DNA of 24,000 nt from Oribacterium sp. oral taxon 078 str. F0262 (GTDB lineage: Bacteria > Bacillota > Clostridia > Lachnospirales > Lachnospiraceae): assembly GCF_000160135.1 (NCBI RefSeq), contig NZ_GG729933.1:800311-824310 (forward strand). The letters are read 5' to 3'. The position numbers and the translations under genes are program-made. Shown here in pieces: positions 1-9,790 of the stretch. The notes below the pieces were generated by a model. That model did no database searches and was not told the origin of the DNA. It saw only the letters and a list, made by a program, of their open reading frames with translations. Each line of letters starts with the position of its first letter. Within the stretch, counting starts at the first letter, position 1.

Positions 1-902
1 ATCCGATGGGAGAGGAGCGCGCCGTGGTCCGCGAGGTCCTCGGAAAGCTGCTGCCTCCGACGGCTCTTCCCTCCGCGGCGGATGCCGTGGTCATCAATGT
101 GGAGACCGTGCTGAGAGTGGCGGAGGCGATCGAGGACAGACGGCCGGTTTTCACGAAGAACCTGACGGTCGCGGGAAAGCTGAAGAGAGGCACGGAGTCC
201 CAGGTCTTCCAGGATGTTCCGATCGGAACGACCGTCGGAGAGCTGATCGAGAGAGCCGGGGGCATCGACGGAGAGTACGGGGAGATCATCCTCGGCGGAC
301 CGTTCACCGGACATGCGGTGGGGATGGATGAGCCGATCACAAAGACGACAGGCGGGATCATCGTGACGGAGCCCTTCCCGGATCTGAAAAAGGCAAAGCT
401 CGGGCTTCTCCTCTGCGCCTGCGGCGGAAATCGGGAGAGGATGGAGGACCTCGCGAAAAAGTACAACGCGGTGGTCACGGAGGTCCAGGCCTGCAAGCAG
501 GCGGTAGATGTGAAGGGCACATTAAAGTGTGAGAACCCCGGAAACTGCCCCGGCCAGGCGCAGAAGTGCCTGAATTTCAAGAAGGCCGGCTGCACCGACA
601 TCCTGATCGGGAACTGCAGCGACTGCACCAATACCGTCATGGGATCGGCCCCGAAGCTGGGGCTCGTCGTACACCATCAGACGGACCATGTCTTCGAGAC
701 GGTGGGGATGGAGCCGATGCGCTATCTCACAAAGTCGAAGAAGGTCGAAGAGGAAGCGGAGGAGGCGGTGAAGGAAGCCGCGCCCTCGGAGCCTCAGGGC
801 GGAGAAGAGAGCCAGGAGCAGGACTACGTCTTCCGGACGGAGGATGGCTGCTTCAGTATCCATATAGGTTCCGGAAGAGATATCCACATCGAAGTCGTCT
901 GA
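1..902 (+). CDS. prdC: Proline reductase-associated electron-transfer protein PrdC (RnfC-like), C-terminal part. The 5' end lies upstream of the window (reading frame starts at position 3).
   Basis: The ORF is open to the window edge. It has an SLBB-like segment (TVGELIERAGGIDGEYGEIILGGP) and a Cys-rich C-terminal region (CACGG, CKQ, CENPGNCPGQAQKC, GNCSDC). It sits immediately upstream of prdA. Confidence 0.75.
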   Translation, partial: PMGEERAVVREVLGKLLPPTALPSAADAVVINVETVLRVAEAIEDRRPVFTKNLTVAGKLKRGTESQVFQDVPIGTTVGELIERAGGIDGEYGEIILGGPFTGHAVGMDEPITKTTGGIIVTEPFPDLKKAKLGLLLCACGGNRERMEDLAKKYNAVVTEVQACKQAVDVKGTLKCENPGNCPGQAQKCLNFKKAGCTDILIGNCSDCTNTVMGSAPKLGLVVHHQTDHVFETVGMEPMRYLTKSKKVEEEAEEAVKEAAPSEPQGGEESQEQDYVFRTEDGCFSIHIGSGRDIHIEVV

Positions 903-1004
903 TGGACGGCAGAATCCGGGGCGGCGGACAGCGCTTTGCCGCGCCGGATGGCGAGGGATAGAGTCACAGGGAATCAGAGCAGCGGGAAAGGAAGGAAAGG
1001 TTTT

Positions 1005-2876
1005 ATGTCTATTTCGGCAGAATATGCGGAGAGTCACAAGGACAGCCCGGCAGTGCTTTGCTGCCGTGCAGAGGAAGGTGTGATTCTCTCCAGTCACAAT
1101 CTGGAGGATCCGGAGATCTTTGATGAGCTCGTGGATTCCGGACTTCTCAATCTGAAGGGAGCGCTGAAGATCGGCGAGGTTCTGGGAGGAAAGCTCTTAA
1201 AGACCTGTGATTCCCTGACGCCGCTCACCGCGGATCTCGTGGAGAGATCGGCGGAGAGCTTTGCAGAGGAGAAGAAGGAGGCGGAGGCCCCCGCTGCGGC
1301 AGAGCCTGCAGCAGCGCCCGCGCCGGTACAGGGGAGCGCTCCCCTGGCAGCAGGCGGCACACTGAAGATTCATATCGGAGAGGGGAAGGGGATCGACATT
1401 CAGATCCCGATGGGGATCGCTGCGGCAGCGGCTCCCGCCGCAGGACGGAGCGCGGCGGCTGCCGGACAGGCTCTTCCCGCGCTGCCCCAGGCCGAGGCGT
1501 CTGAGAAGGAGGAGGATATCCTCGTCCGAAGCCTCACGAGAAAGCATTTTAAGATCACAGAGGTCCGGAGAGGTCCGGAGACGAAGTTGGAGGGCACGGT
1601 CCTTACGATCCGCGAGGGGATTGAGAAGGAAGCGGTCGACTCCCAGGATATCGTGCTGGATCTGAAGATCGACATCATCACCCCCGATCAGTACCATACC
1701 TTCTCCAACACGATCATGGATGTGCAGCCGATCGCGGTGAAGGAGGGAGAGGATGAGCTCGGAAGCGGCGTGACCAGAGTCTTCGACGATGTCGTCATGG
1801 TCGTATCCGGGACGGATGAGAACGGCGTTCAGATCGGTGAGTTCGGCTCCTCCGAGGGCTTCCTCGATGAGAATATCATGTGGGGCCGCCCCGGTGCGCC
1901 GGACAAGGGAGACATCTTCATCAAGACCAATGTCACGATCAAGGCGAAGATGAACATGGAGCGCCCGGGCCCCTTGGCAGCGCACAGCGCGACGGATGTC
2001 ATCACCCAGGAGATCCGCGAGGCCCTGAAGAAGGCAGATGAGAGTCTCGTCGTCGGGACGGAGACCTTTGAGCAGCACAGGCACCCCGGAAAGAAGAAGG
2101 TCGTCGTCGTAAAGGAGATCATGGGACAGGGAGCGATGCATGACAACCTCCTCCTCCCGGTCGAGCCGGTCGGCGTCCTGGGGGCGCGCCCGAACGTAGA
2201 CCTCGGAAATGTCCCGGTCGTCGTATCTCCACTCGAACTTCTGGACGGCTGCATCCACGCACTGACCTGTATCGGGCCGGCGTCGAAGGAGATGTCCCGC
2301 CATTACTGGAGGGAGCCGCTTGTCCTGGAGGCGCTCTATGACAAGGAGATCGACTTCGCGGGCGTGGTGCTCGTCGGATCCCCGCAGATCAATGCGGAGA
2401 AGTTCTATGTCTCCCGCAGAGTCGGCATGACACTGGAGGTCATCGGAGCGGACGGCGCGTTCGTCACCACCGAGGGCTTCGGAAATAACCATATCGACTT
2501 CGCAAGCCACATCGAGCAGATCGGAAAGCGCGGCATCCACGTCGTCGGAATGTCCTTCTGCGCGAACCAGGGCGCACTCGTCGTCGGAAACAAGTACATG
2601 ACCGCGATGGTGGACAACAACAAGTCCGAGGGAGGCATCGAGAACGAGATTCTCGCGAACAATACTCTCTGCCCGGAGGATGCGGTCCGCGCGATGTATA
2701 TGCTGAAGGCTGAGATGTCCGGTGAGGAGATCAAGAAGGCGGAGAAGAAGTGGAATCCGAGCGTCAAGTCGCAGAATGAGGAGCTGATCTCCAATGTCAC
2801 AGGAAAGCCTGTCGAGCTTGTGGAGAATGAGACCTCTCTTCCCATGAGCGAGAAGTTCAAGGAAAAGTACATGTAA
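1005..2876 (+). CDS. prdA: D-proline reductase proprotein PrdA (pyruvoyl-dependent, self-cleaving)
   Basis: I chose ATG 1005 because it follows a GGAAAGGAAGGAAAGG purine tract; the track start at 936 is less likely. The processing motif HALT-CIGPASKE has its Cys codon at 2268-2270. The two halves are paralogous to the downstream PrdD and PrdE. An Ala/Pro-rich linker is present. Confidence 0.9.
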   Translation: MSISAEYAESHKDSPAVLCCRAEEGVILSSHNLEDPEIFDELVDSGLLNLKGALKIGEVLGGKLLKTCDSLTPLTADLVERSAESFAEEKKEAEAPAAAEPAAAPAPVQGSAPLAAGGTLKIHIGEGKGIDIQIPMGIAAAAAPAAGRSAAAAGQALPALPQAEASEKEEDILVRSLTRKHFKITEVRRGPETKLEGTVLTIREGIEKEAVDSQDIVLDLKIDIITPDQYHTFSNTIMDVQPIAVKEGEDELGSGVTRVFDDVVMVVSGTDENGVQIGEFGSSEGFLDENIMWGRPGAPDKGDIFIKTNVTIKAKMNMERPGPLAAHSATDVITQEIREALKKADESLVVGTETFEQHRHPGKKKVVVVKEIMGQGAMHDNLLLPVEPVGVLGARPNVDLGNVPVVVSPLELLDGCIHALTCIGPASKEMSRHYWREPLVLEALYDKEIDFAGVVLVGSPQINAEKFYVSRRVGMTLEVIGADGAFVTTEGFGNNHIDFASHIEQIGKRGIHVVGMSFCANQGALVVGNKYMTAMVDNNKSEGGIENEILANNTLCPEDAVRAMYMLKAEMSGEEIKKAEKKWNPSVKSQNEELISNVTGKPVELVENETSLPMSEKFKEKYM

Positions 2877-2899
2877 TTCGGCGGGAAGGCTGGAAAGAT

Positions 2900-3142
2900 A
2901 TGCCGAAATACATGGACAAAATCATAGACATGGAGGGGATCATCGTGGAGGTGCATGATGGTTCCGTGGGCATTGACCTGAAAGGAAGGCTCGGCTATCT
3001 GGAGATCCCGATGAGGATGCTCATCACGGATTATGAACCAAAGGTCGGGCAGGAGGTCGGCTTTCGCATGAGCTTCATCGAACAGCTCGGCCCGGAGGTC
3101 AATGAAAAGTACGTCTGTAATCTCCGCCATAGAGGTCATTGA
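2900..3142 (+). CDS. Small conserved prd-operon protein (80 aa). It occupies the position of the small ORF between prdA and prdB in Clostridioides difficile and Acetoanaerobium sticklandii prd loci.
   Basis: Co-directional ORF that fills the prdA-prdB gap exactly. A purine-rich tract (GGAAAG) precedes the ATG. The call rests on synteny only. Confidence 0.5.
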   Translation: MPKYMDKIIDMEGIIVEVHDGSVGIDLKGRLGYLEIPMRMLITDYEPKVGQEVGFRMSFIEQLGPEVNEKYVCNLRHRGH

Positions 3143-3189
3143 CCGAAGGAGCGGAGGATTACATAAAAATCTATGAAAGGAGAAAAGAC

Positions 3190-3915
3190 ATGGGCTTTAC
3201 AGTAGTAAAGGGGCTCCAGTCCGAGATCTTCGTACCGGTCACGCCTCCTCCTGTATGGGCTCCGGTCACAAAGCCGCTGAATCAGATGAAGATCGCGATT
3301 GCCACGGCGGCCGGTGTCCACTGGAAAGAGGACAAGCGCTTTAACCTGGCCGGCGACTTCAGCTACAGGATCATCAAGGATACGATGCCCTCCAGCGATC
3401 TGATGGTGTCTCACGGCGGATATGATAACAGTGATGTCAATAAAGATATCAACTGTATGTTCCCGATTGACCGTCTGCATGAGCTCGCGCGTGACGGCGT
3501 CATCGGCAGTGTAGCTCCGGTACACGTCGGTTTCATGGGCGGCGGCGGAAATCAGGAAAAGTTCAAAAACGAAACGGGACCTGCGATCGCGAAGATCTTA
3601 AAGGATGAAGGCGTTGACGCTGTAATCCTCACCGCTGGCTGAGGAACCTGTCATCGTTCTGCCGTGCTTGTGCAGAGAGCGATCGAGGCAGCGGGCATTC
3701 CGACAATCATCATTGCCGCGCTTCCTCCTGTCGTAAGACAGACCGGTTCTCCGAGAGCAGTTGCTCCTCTCGTTCCGATGGGTGCAAATGCCGGTGAGCC
3801 AAATAACAGGGAAATGCAGTATAATATTGTAAAGGATACTTTAGAGCAGCTCGAGAAGATCGAGTCAGCAGGAAAGGTAGTTCCGTTACCGTATGAATAC
3901 GCAGCAAAAGTATAA
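3190..3915 (+). CDS. prdB: D-proline reductase selenoprotein subunit PrdB, with in-frame UGA (Sec) at 3640-3642
   Basis: Track ORFs 3139..3642 and 3664..3915 are in the same frame and are separated only by the TGA. Read-through gives ...[27 protein letters not shown]..., the U-x-x-C redox motif of the PrdB/GrdB family. ATG 3190 is preceded by AAAGGAG. selB lies in the same gene string. Confidence 0.9.
3655..3680 (+). promoter_or_regulatory. Candidate bacterial SECIS hairpin downstream of the prdB UGA
   Basis: TCTGC (3658-3662) pairs with GCAGA (3672-3676) around a 9-nt G/U-containing loop. The stem starts 16 nt after the UGA. It is short and I folded it by eye only. Confidence 0.3.
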
Positions 3916-4064
3916 GTGATCCGCGAGGCCGGATGCATGGGATCCATCCATGTATCCGGCTTCGCCTGTGACAGCGCTTTCTCCGCCGGATTTTCCGAAA
4001 GGAGAGGCATCGGGGTATTTTTCGGAGGATGCCGCGGGAGAGCGAAGAAGAGAGGAGAGACAGC

Positions 4065-4841
4065 ATGGACGGAGAAATCGTATTCCGCCAGCTTTGCATC
4101 AAGGCCTATCATGTATCGGAGGTGGAGGAGTCCGAGCGCTTTTCTCTGAAACAGAGAGAGGATGGGAGCTATCTGCTCTCGCTGAATCCCGCCGCGCTCT
4201 CGGAGTTTAGGAAGGAGGAGCCGCTGATCACGGATGCGAGGCTCAGCATCCTTCCTCCCGGAAAGAGACACATCCCGGTGAATTCCATCATGGATGTCAT
4301 TCCGATCTCCGCGAAGGTGCTCGGGAGACTCGGAGAGGGCATCACGCATACATTGACCGGCGTCTATGTGGTGCTGACAGGGGCGGATACGGAGGGAAAT
4401 CCCATCAGCGCCTTCGGAAACTCGGACGGGATGCTGGATGAGCATATGATCTTCGGACGGGCGGGCACACCGGGAGAGGACGACATCATTCTCCTTTTGG
4501 ATGTGACGCTGAAGGCGATGGAGGGCTATCACAGGACAGGACCGGATGCGGTCCACCGTCTCTGCGACCGCTTCTGCCAGGAGATCCGGGAGAAGCTTAA
4601 GAAGCTGAACCCCGGGAAATTCACCGAGAAGCACAGCTACCAGGACATCGCCCGGCCGGGAAAGAAGAAGGTCGCACTCGTGAAGCTCGTGTCCGGCCAG
4701 GGGGCGATGTATGATACGCACTTTCTCGCGAAGGAGCCCTCGGCCTTTCTGGGCGGGAGATCCATCATTGATATCACAGGCGCTCCGATGATACTGTCTC
4801 CCAATGAGTACCGGGACGGAGCGATCCGCGCGCTCTACTAG
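4065..4841 (+). CDS. prdD: PrdD, paralog of the N-terminal (beta) part of PrdA
   Basis: It aligns by eye to PrdA ([18 protein letters not shown] vs [34 protein letters not shown] vs VVSPLELLDGCIHALT). ATG 4065 follows GAGGAGA; the track start at 4029 is possible. Confidence 0.8.
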   Translation: MDGEIVFRQLCIKAYHVSEVEESERFSLKQREDGSYLLSLNPAALSEFRKEEPLITDARLSILPPGKRHIPVNSIMDVIPISAKVLGRLGEGITHTLTGVYVVLTGADTEGNPISAFGNSDGMLDEHMIFGRAGTPGEDDIILLLDVTLKAMEGYHRTGPDAVHRLCDRFCQEIREKLKKLNPGKFTEKHSYQDIARPGKKKVALVKLVSGQGAMYDTHFLAKEPSAFLGGRSIIDITGAPMILSPNEYRDGAIRALY

Positions 4842-4880
4842 GGGAGATTCAGAGCTTCCCCGGGGAAGAAGGGAGGAATT

Positions 4881-5357
4881 ATGGGGATCGGACCCTCTAC
4901 AAAGGAAACCACACTTCATCATTTCAGAGATCCGCTGCTTTCGGTTCTCTCTGAGGACCAGGACCTGGATCTTCTGGGGATCGTCATCGCCGGTATCCCG
5001 CAGGACAACGAGAATAAATATTTCACCGGAGAGCGCGTCGCCGCCTGGCTGGAGGCGATGAGGGCGGACGGCGCCGTCGTGAGCGAGGACAGCTGGGGAA
5101 ACAGCAATGTGGACTTCGCCCACGCGATTGAGGAGATCGGGAAGCGGGGCATCTCCGTCGTCGGCGTCAGCTTCGTCGGGACGCAGGCCCAGTTTGTCGT
5201 GAGCAATGAGTACATGGATACGATCGTGGACATCAATAAGAGCGCGGAAGGGATTGAGACCAATGTGGTCGGAGAGAACAACCTGGACGAGCGGGATGCG
5301 AGGAAGGCCGCTGCACTTCTCAAGCTCAAGATGAGGAAGAGAGAAAATGGAAAATAG
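4881..5357 (+). CDS. prdE: PrdE, paralog of the C-terminal (alpha) part of PrdA
   Basis: [20 protein letters not shown] aligns with [45 protein letters not shown] aligns with GNNHIDFASHIEQIGKRGIHVVGMSF. Confidence 0.8.
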   Translation: MGIGPSTKETTLHHFRDPLLSVLSEDQDLDLLGIVIAGIPQDNENKYFTGERVAAWLEAMRADGAVVSEDSWGNSNVDFAHAIEEIGKRGISVVGVSFVGTQAQFVVSNEYMDTIVDINKSAEGIETNVVGENNLDERDARKAAALLKLKMRKRENGK

Positions 5358-7293
5358 CGCTCCGGCGGGGGCGGAGGAGCACCCCATCATCGTCGGAACG
5401 GCGGGACATATCGACCACGGAAAGACAGCGCTCATCAAGGCGCTGACCGGCTGTGACACGGACCGGCTGGAGGAGGAGAAGCGGCGGGGCATCACGATCG
5501 AGCTCGGCTTCACCTCCTTTCGGGGAGCAGACGGACATATCATCGGTATCGTCGACACGCCGGGGCATGAGAAGTTCGTAAAGACCATGGCCGCCGGCGC
5601 AGTGGGCATGGATCTCGCTCTGCTTGTGATCTCCGCGGCAGAGGGGATCATGCCGCAGACCCGGGAGCATCTCTCGATCCTGGAGCTTTTGCAGATCCCG
5701 AAGCTCATCGTCGCGCTCACAAAGACAGACCTCGCAGGGCCGGAGCAGGTCTCTCTCCGGGAGGAGGAGATTCGGAGCTATCTCTCCGAAACGGCCTACG
5801 CGGGTGCCGGGATCTATCCGGTCTCCGCAAAGAGCGGGGAGGGAATTGCGGAGCTTTCGCGGGCGATCAGCGAGGGCGGGAGAGAGCTTAGGGGGAAATC
5901 CCCGGAGGGAGTCTTCCGCCTTCCGATCGACCGCGTTTTCTCGATCCCGGGCCAGGGCACGATCGTCACGGGGACCCTCCTCTCCGGCAGGATCCGAAAT
6001 CAGGACAGCGCCATGATCTATCCCGAGGAGCGGCTCGTCAGGATCCGGAATGTCCAGGTCTACGGCGCGGACGCGGAGAGAGCGCTCGCAGGGGAACGCA
6101 CTGCTCTGAATCTTTCGGGGATTGAAAAGCAGGAGCTGAGACGGGGCGCGGTCCTCGCAGAGCCGCATTCCATGCGCCCTTCCCTCCTCCTCGATGTGAG
6201 GATCCGCAGTCTGAATGACGCGGGGAGAAGCATCCGCCACAACGCGAACCTGGAGCTACTCCTCGGCACGGCGCATATCCGCGCGAAGCTCGTCCTTCTC
6301 AAGGCATCCCTGGAGGAGGTACGAAATGGAGAAAGCGAACTCGCGCAGCTTCAGCTGGAGGAGCCGGCCGCGGCGAGTCGGGGGGATCGCTTCATCCTCC
6401 GAGACGAGTCCATCCGGGAGACCCTCGGAGGAGGATGCATCATCGACCCCGTGCCAAGGGGAAAGCACCGGAGAGGGAGAGCCGCGTATCTTGAGCTCCT
6501 GGAGCTCGAGAGGGGGAGTCAGGATGCAGTCCTTCGGGAGAAGCTCCGTAGGAGCAGGGGAGGCTTTGTTTCCTTCTCCGCCTTAAAAAGGGAGATGCAG
6601 CTCCGGGATTCGGAGCTCTCTGAAATGGCAGAGGCGCTGAGACAAAAAGGAGAGCTTCGCATCCTTTCCTCCGGCCCGGAGCGCTATGTGTTCAGCGAGG
6701 AGCTTTTGGAGAAAAAGCTCGAAGAGCTGGAGAAGTATCTTGCGGACTTCCACAAAGCCTATCCCTATCGGGCGGGAGAAAAGCAGATGGTGCTTCGAAG
6801 CCGGATCTTTTCGGATTTCGATACGAAGCCTTATCTTTTGCTTCTCGATGCATGGAATGAGGAAAAGAGGATCTGGAAAAATAAGGACAGAGTATCCGCC
6901 GCGGGATATCGGGTAATAAAGGACGCGCGCTATACGGAGATCTCAAATCAGATCGTAAATTCCCTGCAAAAGACCGGACTTTCCTTTCTAAGGATCCGGG
7001 ATATTTCCTTTCCAAAGGAGCTGGAGCCCTGGGTCAATGATGTTTCAGACTGCCTCTTCGATAAGAAGACCATCGTGAAGCTGGACGAGGAATACTGCAC
7101 GCTGAACAGCATTTATAAGAAGCTCCTTCTTCTCTCCGAGCAGGAGCTTTCAGAGAGCGGGAAGCTCACGATCGACCGGCTGAGGGATGAGACGGGAATC
7201 TCCCGAAAAAACGCAAAAATCTTTTTCCGCACTCTGGATAGAAATCATATTACAAGGTACAATGGCATAGAGAGCGAGCGGGAACGTTTTTAG
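5347..7293 (+). CDS. selB: Selenocysteine-specific translation elongation factor SelB
   Basis: The GTPase G1-G3 motifs are present ([28 protein letters not shown]). A long C-terminal extension is typical of the SECIS-binding winged-helix domains. The start overlaps the prdE 3' end by 11 nt. Confidence 0.9.
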   Translation: MENSAPAGAEEHPIIVGTAGHIDHGKTALIKALTGCDTDRLEEEKRRGITIELGFTSFRGADGHIIGIVDTPGHEKFVKTMAAGAVGMDLALLVISAAEGIMPQTREHLSILELLQIPKLIVALTKTDLAGPEQVSLREEEIRSYLSETAYAGAGIYPVSAKSGEGIAELSRAISEGGRELRGKSPEGVFRLPIDRVFSIPGQGTIVTGTLLSGRIRNQDSAMIYPEERLVRIRNVQVYGADAERALAGERTALNLSGIEKQELRRGAVLAEPHSMRPSLLLDVRIRSLNDAGRSIRHNANLELLLGTAHIRAKLVLLKASLEEVRNGESELAQLQLEEPAAASRGDRFILRDESIRETLGGGCIIDPVPRGKHRRGRAAYLELLELERGSQDAVLREKLRRSRGGFVSFSALKREMQLRDSELSEMAEALRQKGELRILSSGPERYVFSEELLEKKLEELEKYLADFHKAYPYRAGEKQMVLRSRIFSDFDTKPYLLLLDAWNEEKRIWKNKDRVSAAGYRVIKDARYTEISNQIVNSLQKTGLSFLRIRDISFPKELEPWVNDVSDCLFDKKTIVKLDEEYCTLNSIYKKLLLLSEQELSESGKLTIDRLRDETGISRKNAKIFFRTLDRNHITRYNGIESERERF

Positions 7294-7415
7294 GTCCGGC
7301 TCTGCCGTCCCGATTGCAGCGACTCAGCCGGGCGTCCGCTCCCGGCGCGATATTTCCGAAGCGGAGAACAGCGTATTACGAAGATTTGCAGAGGCTTATA
7401 AAGAGGGGGAGAAGG

Positions 7416-8957
7416 ATGGAGAAAGAACTGCTTGCCGTTCTGGATTTCGGCGGACAGTACAATCAGCTGATCGCGAGAAGGGTGCGGGATGAGGGCGTCT
7501 ATGCGGAGATCTACCGCTCGGACATCGACCTCGAAAAGCTCCGTGAGCGCAGGCCGAAGGGCATCATCTTTACCGGGGGGCCGCAGTCCGTCTACCGGGA
7601 GGAGAGTCAGCACATAGACCCCCGGATCTTCGATATGGGGATCCCCATCCTGGGCTTTTGCTACGGGGCGCAGCTCATCGCCTACGAGCTTGGCGGAGAG
7701 GTGAAAAAGGCGCCGATCAGTGAATACGGGAGGACGGAGCTCTCGGTAGACCGAAGCGCGGGACTTTTCCGGGAGGTATCGGAGCGAACGAGCGTATGGA
7801 TGTCTCATACCGATTATATCGCGAGGGCGCCGGAAGGGTTTTCTATCACCGGGAGCACGGAAAACTGCCCGATCGCTGCGATGGAGGATGAGAAGCGGGG
7901 CATCTATGCCCTTCAGTTCCATCCGGAGGTGCAGCACAGCGTGGAGGGGAGGAAGATGATCCACGCCTTCCTCTATGATATCTGCCATTTCCGCGGGGAC
8001 TGGAGGATGGACAGCTTTGTCTCAGACCAGATCGAGGCGATCCGGGAGAAGGTCGGCGGAGGGAAGGTCCTGCTCGCGCTCTCCGGCGGCGTGGACAGCT
8101 CCGTCGCAGCGACGCTTTTGTCCAAGGCGATCGGGAGACAGCTCAGCTGCGTTTTTGTGGACCATGGCCTGCTTCGAAAGTACGAGGGGGATGAGGTGGA
8201 GGCCGTCTTCGGGTCGACGGGAAAGTACGATTTGAACTTTATCCGCGTCAATGCCGGTCCCTTGTATCTGGAGAAGCTGAAGGGAGTGGAGGAGCCGGAG
8301 CAGAAGAGGAGAATTATCGGAGAGCGGTTTATCCGCATTTTCGAGCAGGAGGCAAAGAAGATCGGAGCAGTAGACTTTCTCGCTCAGGGGACGATCTACG
8401 CGGATGTCGTAGAGTCCGGGCTCGGAAACGGCGCCGTCATCAAGTCCCATCACAATGTGGGAGGGCTTCCGAAGAATATCGAATTCCGCGGCATCATTGA
8501 GCCTCTCCGGGATCTCTTTAAGGACGAGGTGCGCCGCGTCGGTCTGGAGCTCGGGCTCCCGGAGTCCCTCGTCTATCGTCAGCCCTTTCCGGGGCCGGGA
8601 CTCGGCGTCCGCATCATCGGAGAGGTCACGGAGGAAAAGCTCCGCATCGTCCGAGATGCCGATTTTATCTACCGGGAGGAAATTAAGAAGGCGGGGCTTG
8701 AAAGAAAGATCAGCCAGTATTTTGCAGCTCTGAGCAATATGCGCTCAGTCGGCGTCATGGGGGACTTCCGGACCTACGATTATGCCGTTGTGCTTCGCGC
8801 CGTCGAAACGGATGACTTTATGAGTGCGGAGTGTTCCAATATCCCCTTCGAGATTTTACAGAGAATCATGAACCGCATCGTAAACGAGGTCAAAGGGGTG
8901 AACCGCGTGCTCTATGACCTCAGCAGCAAGCCGCCGGGGACGATTGAGTTGGAGTAA
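7416..8957 (+). CDS. guaA: GMP synthase (glutamine-hydrolysing)
   Basis: The GATase domain is present ([13 protein letters not shown]). So are the ATP-PPase P-loop SGGVDSSV and the C-terminal dimerisation domain ending [11 protein letters not shown] 7416 is preceded by AGAGGGGGAGAAGG. Confidence 0.95.
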   Translation: MEKELLAVLDFGGQYNQLIARRVRDEGVYAEIYRSDIDLEKLRERRPKGIIFTGGPQSVYREESQHIDPRIFDMGIPILGFCYGAQLIAYELGGEVKKAPISEYGRTELSVDRSAGLFREVSERTSVWMSHTDYIARAPEGFSITGSTENCPIAAMEDEKRGIYALQFHPEVQHSVEGRKMIHAFLYDICHFRGDWRMDSFVSDQIEAIREKVGGGKVLLALSGGVDSSVAATLLSKAIGRQLSCVFVDHGLLRKYEGDEVEAVFGSTGKYDLNFIRVNAGPLYLEKLKGVEEPEQKRRIIGERFIRIFEQEAKKIGAVDFLAQGTIYADVVESGLGNGAVIKSHHNVGGLPKNIEFRGIIEPLRDLFKDEVRRVGLELGLPESLVYRQPFPGPGLGVRIIGEVTEEKLRIVRDADFIYREEIKKAGLERKISQYFAALSNMRSVGVMGDFRTYDYAVVLRAVETDDFMSAECSNIPFEILQRIMNRIVNEVKGVNRVLYDLSSKPPGTIELE

Positions 8958-8963
8958 TACACG

Positions 8964-9009
8964 AAATCCCTACAAACCGTGAATTTAAGCGGGTTGTAGG
9001 GATTTTTTA
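8964..9009 (+). terminator. Rho-independent terminator of guaA
   Basis: AAATCCCTACAA (8964-8975) pairs with TTGTAGGGATTT (8994-9005) and is followed by a T-run (9003-9008). Confidence 0.8.
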
Positions 9010-9016
9010 ATTGGCA

Positions 9017-9040
9017 TTGGGTACGATTTGGGTACACTTT
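9017..9040 (+). repeat. Left boundary repeat TTGGGTAC-GAT-TTGGGTAC-ACTTT (putative attL)
   Basis: TTTGGGTACACTTT (9027-9040) is identical to 22194-22207. The 8-mer TTGGGTAC occurs twice, 11 bp apart, at both ends. Confidence 0.6.
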
Positions 9041-9069
9041 CATTATTCTTCGGAATTATACCCAATGAC

Positions 9070-9621
9070 TTAATACTCATTCTTAGGATTCAAACCGATA
9101 TGATCCATGAACTGATCGTGTGCTTTCTGTGCTTTCAGCTTATCGGGCCAGCGCTCAGATTCGGGATAAATATCCATCCAGAGGTTGAAGGCTTCTTCTG
9201 CCTTAATAAGGGCAAGACCTCTTTCGAAAACATCTTTTATCTTTTCGCATTCCTTAATTTCTTTTTGATATTCTTCATATCTTTCAAGCCAGGAACTCAT
9301 TAACATGAGACTCCCAAAGGAAACAGCAATCTGATTATTGCCTTCCTTATCTTTGTATTCAACAAGTTCCCCACTATATTGACGGAAAATCTGAAAAAGC
9401 ATGTGCATGGCTTTGACACCATCGAAATCAGCGCCGGTTAATGCTTCGACATTTACGTGTAATGCTTTAGCAAGTGCTTCGAGAGATTTTAGCTTAGGGT
9501 TTCTTCTGCCTGTTTCATAGGCACGGATATAGGCTTCGCTCACACCTACTTCATCGCCAAGCTGTTTAAGCGTCAGACCACGTTCCTTGCGGATACGCCT
9601 GATGTTTTCTCCAATAGTCAT
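9070..9621 (-). CDS. XRE-family helix-turn-helix transcriptional regulator of the island (HTH plus a roughly 110-aa C-terminal domain)
   Basis: The N-terminus MTIGENIRRIRKERGLTLKQLGDEVGVSEAYIRAYETG is a Cro/C1-type HTH. AGGAG precedes the start on the minus strand. The gene is divergent from the xis/int genes. Confidence 0.8.
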   Translation of the reverse strand: MTIGENIRRIRKERGLTLKQLGDEVGVSEAYIRAYETGRRNPKLKSLEALAKALHVNVEALTGADFDGVKAMHMLFQIFRQYSGELVEYKDKEGNNQIAVSFGSLMLMSSWLERYEEYQKEIKECEKIKDVFERGLALIKAEEAFNLWMDIYPESERWPDKLKAQKAHDQFMDHIGLNPKNEY

Positions 9622-9687
9622 GATTTTATGCTCCTGTCGCTGTAATTATAAAACAAAAAAAATGTACTGTGCGTACCTTTTAGATAA

Positions 9688-9790
9688 ATAATATATCATT
9701 TGATACGGAAATACAAGAAAAAGATATTGACACGTATCAAAAGATACGGAATATACAAAACAAAGAAACGTATTAAAAGATACGCATAGA
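9688..9790. promoter_or_regulatory. Divergent promoter/operator region between the XRE gene and xis
   Basis: Plus strand: TTGACA (9727-9732), then a 17-nt spacer that is almost entirely the palindrome CGTATCAAAAGATACG (9733-9748), then AATATA. Minus strand: TTGTAT (complement of 9711-9716), 17 nt, TATTAT (complement of 9688-9693). There are three direct copies of (A/T)GATACG at 9702, 9743 and 9779. Confidence 0.4.

Noticed and set aside
3640-3642. The TGA read as a genuine stop, giving a 167-aa protein plus a separate 83-aa protein.
   Set aside because: Both pieces are in the same frame and the junction recreates the PrdB U-x-x-C centre. The second piece would start at a GTG with no RBS. selB is encoded 1.7 kb downstream.
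3651-5720. Very long minus-strand ORFs across the prd/selB/guaA region: 3651..5720, 1197..2540, 2405..3139, 5326..6240 and 7290..7988.
   Set aside because: They lie antisense to genes with clear family identity. Their translations are Arg/Ser/Pro/Leu-rich with no recognisable motifs. Stop-poor antisense frames are expected in GC-rich DNA.
7294-7415. A search for tRNA-Sec (selC) or a purine riboswitch in the selB-guaA spacer.
   Set aside because: There is no T-loop-like GGTTCGA-type sequence, no cloverleaf-sized palindromes and no purine-riboswitch core motifs. The spacer is only about 120 nt.
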